Of a DNA stretch of 32,000 nucleotides, positions 28,356-32,000 are shown one piece after another. The stretch is from Hyperthermus butylicus DSM 5456 (GTDB lineage: Archaea > Thermoproteota > Thermoprotei_A > Sulfolobales > Pyrodictiaceae). The stretch is taken from contig NC_008818.1 in the NCBI RefSeq assembly GCF_000015145.1, forward strand, positions 660,001 to 692,000, in the 5' to 3' direction. The stretch's first letter is position 1; each line of letters starts with the position of its first letter. Position numbers and translations under genes: made by a program. A model generated the notes under the pieces. The model was given only the letters and a program-made list of their open reading frames with translations. It was not told where the DNA came from and did no database searches.

Positions 28356-28390
28356 GCAACAACTCAAAGAGAATTGTAAGAGAATTGTAA
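28356..28390 (+). repeat. solitary CRISPR-repeat-like unit (GCAACAACTCAAAGAGAATTGTAAG) with an 11-nt tandem duplication of its tail
   Basis: It closely matches the unit at 30718-30743. The tail GAGAATTGTAA occurs twice in tandem (28369-28379 and 28380-28390). The ...ATTGTAAG end resembles the ...ATTGAAAG 3' end of many crenarchaeal repeats. Confidence 0.5.
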
Positions 28391-28436
28391 AGGTATAGTA
28401 GGCTATGCACGGTGGGTTCTGTTGCCCACTATACCT
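28391..28436. other. strong hairpin: 13-nt arms with one mismatch, 20-nt loop
   Basis: AGGTATAGTAGGC (28391-28403) against GCCCACTATACCT (28424-28436). The reverse complement of the 3' arm is AGGTATAGTGGGC. The hairpin directly abuts the repeat-like unit. Confidence 0.6.
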
Positions 28437-28802
28437 CCACCTTTATGGCTATATTTGTTATGTCCCTCTCCAGTGTGCTCATCCTTGGAGTGGTGGAGTT
28501 TTGTTAGAACATGTGCGCATGAAAATGAATAGAGTTGCATGAAACTCTAAAAGACTTAATATACCATTACTATGCCATGGTTATTACGAAGGAATAGAAT
28601 GAGAAATTGGAAGATAACGGTGTGCCACTAAGGTAGGCGTTTGAGGAGTATCACGCTGATGATTCAAAATTGGAAGTTGAAAGCTAAAAGATTGTAGAAA
28701 CAGCATAAAAGTTCTATATAACTGATGGGTATGCAATAGGTGTTGAAAAGAGTGATGAGTTTTATGTACTCTGGTATAGCGTGTTAGACGTCTTGCTGTA
28801 TT

Positions 28803-30209
28803 TTATGTTCCGAGTTCTTCTATTATTTGCCATATGTTCCTGTTTTGGCATTTATATTCTTCTTTTACTTTGAATGCTACTGTGTTGTCTTGTTTCTTGA
28901 CTTCTATTATGTCTGTGTGCCAGCCTCCGTGTGCTAGTAGGTCTCTTGTGAGGATGCTTTTGTCCTTGCATTCCTGTTGTTGCATTTGATATACTGTTGC
29001 TAGGGGTGTCCACTCTGTTGGGATTAGGTTGGCTTTGAGCTTCTTTTTGAGCTTGCTTATCTCCCTGCTTTGTATGGATTCTATTATTGCCGTGTGTCTT
29101 AGTGTTTCTCTGAGCTTTTCCGCCTGGTTTAGTGTTGGGGTGGTTGTGTCTATTAGTTCTTCCTCAAGGATTTTTGCTATTGTATAGGTGTAGAGGATTG
29201 TCTTATATGCTTCTGTGAGCTGGCGGCATCTTGTGACCTCTAGTTTTTCCGGTGTCTTCTTTACGGTTATTCCTTCATGCCATAGCTTCTCTGTAGTGTT
29301 GTATGCTTGTTTGAGTTTTTCGAGCAGCTTTGCAGCGTATTTTGCTGTGTAGTAAACTAGTTGGGGTATGAGGCCGTATCTCAACATTTTGAGTAGTTTA
29401 AGTGCCTCGTCTACTGCTTCATCAAGCTCTTGTTTCTCGTCGCGGCCTATGGTGCATTCTCTGCTTGTCGGTTTTACGGGCGTCTTTTCTGCTGTGTTGA
29501 TTAGACTGTCTATGTTTGAGATTAGGTCTAGTGTTGTGTAGCGCCTCGCCATTATGAGGTGTATGGTTGCTGTGGGGGGTTCAATGCTTGCTGCTGGTTT
29601 GCAGGGATATTGGCGGTTTCTGGCCAGTTTTTTCCGCTCGTCGGCTGGGAGTATTATGGGGTCGCTATTGTAGACTTCGACCTTTACGGTTTCTGCTTTG
29701 GAGTGTTTTAGTGATGCTGCTAGGGCGTGTAGGGCTGCAACTTCCTCGACTGCTTTGAGGGCTGTTGAGGGCATGTAGTTTATCCCGTGGGTTAAATCTA
29801 GTACTATCGCCTTGACGGTTTCTCCCTCCCATGCTGGTTTTATGAGGGTGTCTAGGAGCTTGTAATAGTAGTCTGTCGGCTTGCCCCTGAAGACCCGGTG
29901 CTTCTGGGCTATCACTCCTGGGAGTATGTGTACCTCAGCCTTGCCTTGGAGCTGGCAGAGGTAATTCTTCACATACCTCCTAGCAGAGTCTATAACGTCC
30001 TCGTAGCCTGTAAGGGTGAAGGCGGGGTCTGCTAGGGTGTCGGCGGCCACTATCAGTATGCGGGCTTCAGGGTAAGCCTTGGCTACTGCTGCCAGCCCGG
30101 TGAAAGATTCTACCTCAACAGTTTTTCCGCCAGCTTTAAGTCGGTACCTTGTGTAGGTCCAACCCGCAGGATCCCCCCATGGGGCGACCGCTAGGATTTC
30201 GCCTCTCAT
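28803..30209 (-). CDS. csx1: CRISPR-associated Csx1 (CARF + HEPN, DxTHG family)
   Basis: 468 aa. The N-terminal MRGEILAVAPWGDPAGW and the DLTHG motif (29784-29798) are typical of the Csx1/DxTHG CARF family. The C-terminal TRDLLAHGG gives the HEPN R-x4-H motif (28929-28946). G+C is markedly lower than in the rest of the window (18/60 and 23/60 in two lines I counted). Confidence 0.85.
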   Translation of the reverse strand: MRGEILAVAPWGDPAGWTYTRYRLKAGGKTVEVESFTGLAAVAKAYPEARILIVAADTLADPAFTLTGYEDVIDSARRYVKNYLCQLQGKAEVHILPGVIAQKHRVFRGKPTDYYYKLLDTLIKPAWEGETVKAIVLDLTHGINYMPSTALKAVEEVAALHALAASLKHSKAETVKVEVYNSDPIILPADERKKLARNRQYPCKPAASIEPPTATIHLIMARRYTTLDLISNIDSLINTAEKTPVKPTSRECTIGRDEKQELDEAVDEALKLLKMLRYGLIPQLVYYTAKYAAKLLEKLKQAYNTTEKLWHEGITVKKTPEKLEVTRCRQLTEAYKTILYTYTIAKILEEELIDTTTPTLNQAEKLRETLRHTAIIESIQSREISKLKKKLKANLIPTEWTPLATVYQMQQQECKDKSILTRDLLAHGGWHTDIIEVKKQDNTVAFKVKEEYKCQNRNIWQIIEELGT

Positions 30210-30250
30210 AGCCCTGGGCCCCGCGCGGGGCTGCCAGCGCTATACCAGCC

Positions 30251-30700
30251 TTAGCAGCTTGGCTTTGTGTGGTGTGGGTTTGCTGCATGGGCTTTGCGTT
30301 TTGCATAGCTGCTCGTATACCTAGTCGGGTAGTAGCTGCTACTATTGCCGTGCCGTGGCTGAATGCTTCTATTGCTGCCGCTACTGCCACTAGTTTTCGT
30401 CCTCCGCCCACCTCTAGTATTGTGACTGTGTCGAGCAGGTTTGCTAGCAGCTTCCTCAGAAGATTCAGGTGTTGGGGGGCCGTCTACGTCATTGAAGGGC
30501 AGTATTCTCACCTCGACCCTCACCCTTGGGGATCTACTGGTTGCTGGGCAGGAGCAGCTCGTGAATATTGCTGCTGCCTCTCTTGCTGCTTGGCTGCTTG
30601 CGGCTATGATGACGTGCTTGCCTATTGTGTAGCCTTGCCGTCCGAGTAGGCATGCTACTGTGTGGGGTGTGCCGGGCTTAGGCCTGAGAGTAAGACGAGC
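30251..30700 (-). pseudogene. Csa3-like CARF-domain gene remnant (no start codon, frameshift at a G6 run, no wHTH domain)
   Basis: Frame X reads ...HTVACLLGRQGYTIGKHVIIAASSQAAREAAAIF...RVRVEVRILPFNDVDGPP. The next frame reads QHLNLLRKLLANLLDTVTILEVGGGRKLVAVAAAIEAFSHGTAIV. Together they show the CARF layout (TLG-like start, ...VD..DF, then NLSGGxRxL-type GGG loop). The frame switch is at GGGGGG 30474-30479. There is no ATG/GTG/TTG between the upstream stop (30701-30703) and 30523. Confidence 0.55.
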
Positions 30701-30717
30701 CTAACCCTCCCTCTCAA

Positions 30718-30813
30718 GAAACACTCAAAAAGAGAATTGTAAGGCATAGTATCTTGCCGACTGCTCTGCCGTCTCCTCATCGACGCCGAATAACCCAAAA
30801 GAGATATTGTGGC
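30718..30813 (+). CRISPR. vestigial mini-array: repeat (30718-30743), 44-nt spacer (30744-30787), degenerate repeat (30788-30813)
   Basis: GAAACACTCAAAAAGAGAATTGTAAG against GAATAACCCAAAAGAGATATTGTGGC. They share GAA..A.C.CAAAA.GAGA.ATTGT, and the start-to-start distance is 70 nt. A still weaker GAGAATGCTTAAATGG lies at 30851-30866. With only two units, this cannot be called a CRISPR on periodicity alone. Confidence 0.4.
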
Positions 30814-30896
30814 TGAGCTGTGTCCGGTCTTTTTGCGGAACATATTCCATGAGAATGCTTAAATGGGGGTTATAGTCGAAGGCTGGTTATTGGCTG

Positions 30897-31082
30897 TTAA
30901 CGGTTGTTGTGTGGGTCTGGTCTTTCTCCCTGTGCTGATGTTTGTGATGATGGTCTGGGCTTGGATGGGTAGAATCTGCTATGTTGATTGTGTTTTTTGA
31001 GTAGCTGGTGTTGCTTGGCTTTCCTTTTCATCCAGTCTATTAGGTCTGCTATCGACTCTCCCATACTTTCCTCGCTTAGCAC
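30897..31082 (-). CDS. hypothetical small protein (61 aa) or gene fragment
   Basis: ORF-track entry with a GTG start. It shares the T/G-rich plus-strand composition of csx1. No family recognised. It may be the tail of the fragmented gene upstream. Confidence 0.25.
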   Translation of the reverse strand: MLSEESMGESIADLIDWMKRKAKQHQLLKKHNQHSRFYPSKPRPSSQTSAQGERPDPHNNR

Positions 31083-31084
31083 TA

Positions 31085-31558
31085 CTATGTCGGGGCTGTG
31101 GTAAACCAGACGCGGAGTATTATTGCAAATAGGTTTCTGTAGACCTCAGCATCTCTTACCGCCTCCGCTGCGAGGCGTGTAAGCTCTTCAAGCTTCTGCT
31201 TTGCCGAGGGTACCGGTAGCCCGGTTCGAATTCACCATTCTAGCTCCCTCGCGGCTTCTTCTGCTCCCTTCCTGCTCCCAGGTTCTCTTCACATTTTCCT
31301 CTACGACTTTTAACTCGCCACCTTGCAAATAATAAGGCCTACCAGGCTCTTGTAAGCTGCCCACGCCTTCTCAGTCGCATCCCGCACATCACCCTGGAGC
31401 AGCAGGCGGTGAGCCTCCTCGGTGAACAGCATAAGGTCCTCCTGATGCACCCTCTCAGCCAGCCTAGCGGCAGTCCGGAACCTAGGGAACAGTTCCTCCA
31501 GGGAAACAGCCACAGCGGCCACGTCGAAACCCCCTCCTGGGAAGTCTAACGGTATCAT
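31085..31558 (-). pseudogene. PaREP1/HEPN-like gene, apparently fragmented
   Basis: ORF 31310..31558 ends ...EEAHRLLLQGDVRDATEKAWAAYKSLVGLI, which resembles the PaREP1 core (...GDxxxAxEKxWxAxxxxV...). Downstream pieces read in other frames: ELKVVEENVKRTWEQEG..., and ...KQKLEELTRLAAEAVRDAEVYRNLFAIILRVW with a stop at 31085-31087. The assignment rests on motif memory only. Confidence 0.35.
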
Positions 31559-31613
31559 AAAGTAAGTAGGCTTCTGGGGCTGTTAGTGTGCTGGGATACG
31601 TCCTCTTGTGATG

Positions 31614-31642
31614 GAGATAAATTGTTAAGTAAAGGTTAAAAC
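31614..31642 (+). promoter_or_regulatory. candidate cmr promoter region containing a repeat-tail-like motif
   Basis: GAGATAAATTGTTAAG (31614-31629) echoes the GAGAATTGTAAG repeat tail. It overlaps the A/T-rich, TATA-like AAGTAAAGGTTAAAAC (31627-31642), about 80-100 nt upstream of the cmr4 ATG. Confidence 0.3.
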
Positions 31643-31717
31643 TTGCCGCCTCGGCAACCCACTCCTGGCACTCTGCCTAATACCCCCTTCCTCTCTACGA
31701 GCGAGGGCTGAATGTGA

Positions 31718-32000
31718 ATGGCGCAACAGGCTGGTAATGGTAGGCCTCTGGCTGGCTTCCTGGTTTTGGGCTATGCTGTGACACCCCTGCATCCCGGCGT
31801 GGGCAGGGCTCCCGGTGCTGTCGACCTTCCAGTCCAGCGTGACCCCATGGGCTACCCTATGGTTTACGCTTCAAGTGTTAAGGGCGCGTTGAAGGCTGAG
31901 TGTGCTAAGCAGGCTGGCGACAAATGCTTCGACGATAGGGGCAGGATAAAATGTAATGATAAGGATGAGGACTGCGCACTGTGCTGCTGCCTCTTCGGCC
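31718..32000 (+). CDS. cmr4: type III-B RAMP backbone subunit Cmr4 (Cas7 family), 5' partial
   Basis: Absent from the ORF track because it runs off the window. From the ATG at 31718 it reads MAQQAGNGRPLAGFLVLGYAVTPLHPGVGRAPGAVDLPVQRDPMGYPMVYASSVKGALKAEC... This parallels the Cmr4 N-terminus (...LYTLTPxHxGSG...VDxPIQRE..TGxPxIxGSSLKGxLR). Confidence 0.8.
   Translation, partial: MAQQAGNGRPLAGFLVLGYAVTPLHPGVGRAPGAVDLPVQRDPMGYPMVYASSVKGALKAECAKQAGDKCFDDRGRIKCNDKDEDCALCCCLFG

Noticed and set aside
28656-28725. C/D-box sRNA-like signals. TGATGA lies at 28657-28662 with CTGA at 28722-28725, and a similar ATGATGT...CTGA pair lies at 12862-12892.
   Set aside because: No matching internal D'/C' boxes, no terminal stem, and spacing outside the usual ~50-60 nt archaeal C/D sRNA layout. 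The motifs are short enough to occur by chance in A/T-rich DNA.
285-30649. Long ORF-track entries antisense to, or out of frame with, recognised genes. Examples are 285..575, 363..647, 956..1189, 3348..3587, 6764..7060, 9454..9744, 10372..10683, 17504..17896, 21012..21488, 21101..21616, 23031..23426, 25196..25651 and 30269..30649.
   Set aside because: They have low-complexity Ala/Ser/Arg/Pro-rich translations with no family motifs. Each is fully embedded in a gene with strong family signatures. Such ORFs are expected by chance in ~55-60% GC DNA.

Overview
High-GC archaeal segment (a typical 60-nt line I counted is 33/60 G+C). It looks crenarchaeote-like: frequent GTG/TTG starts, 4-nt gene overlaps, PaREP1-, Csx1- and Cmr-type genes, and a repeat ending ...ATTGTAAG. 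Gene order: de novo NAD operon nadX-nadC-nadA (minus strand) next to an ADP-ribosylglycohydrolase; a bPH + SHOCT pair; a broken fluoride-resistance pair (crcB + DUF190); an enolase-superfamily racemase/epimerase; a 4-gene polar amino-acid ABC transporter; a PduO-type adenosyltransferase, a polyprenol-kinase-like membrane protein and a wHTH regulator; an Mth938-domain protein, an MJ0936-type phosphoesterase and a Usp; a heavily decayed CopB-type P1B ATPase; a DHH/DHHA1 phosphoesterase and a NifX/NifB-like protein; vapBC with vapC broken; a thioredoxin; a stand-alone Cas4-like nuclease, an ArsR-wHTH fused to a DUF4097-like beta-repeat domain, a P-loop kinase-like protein and an AP-superfamily phosphodiesterase. 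From about 28.1 kb there is a low-GC accessory island. It holds an intact CARF-HEPN csx1, a decayed Csa3-like CARF gene, orphan or degenerate CRISPR-repeat-like units and PaREP1/HEPN-like fragments. The 5' end of a type III-B cmr4 lies at the window edge. Two themes deserve follow-up. (1) The csx1 cassette sits between two roughly 40-nt direct repeats derived from a CRISPR repeat, next to a one-spacer vestigial array, and the repeat-tail motif recurs upstream of cmr4. (2) Gene lesions are unusually dense: 5 in-frame stops using all three stop codons, at least 5 frameshifts (several at homopolymer runs) and one large internal deletion. They hit crcB, DUF190, copB, vapC, the CARF gene, an ADP-ribosylglycohydrolase and a membrane-anchored protein. 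This is either real pseudogenisation or partly sequencing error, and raw sequence alone cannot decide. I found no rRNA gene, no convincing tRNA gene and no intact multi-spacer CRISPR array.
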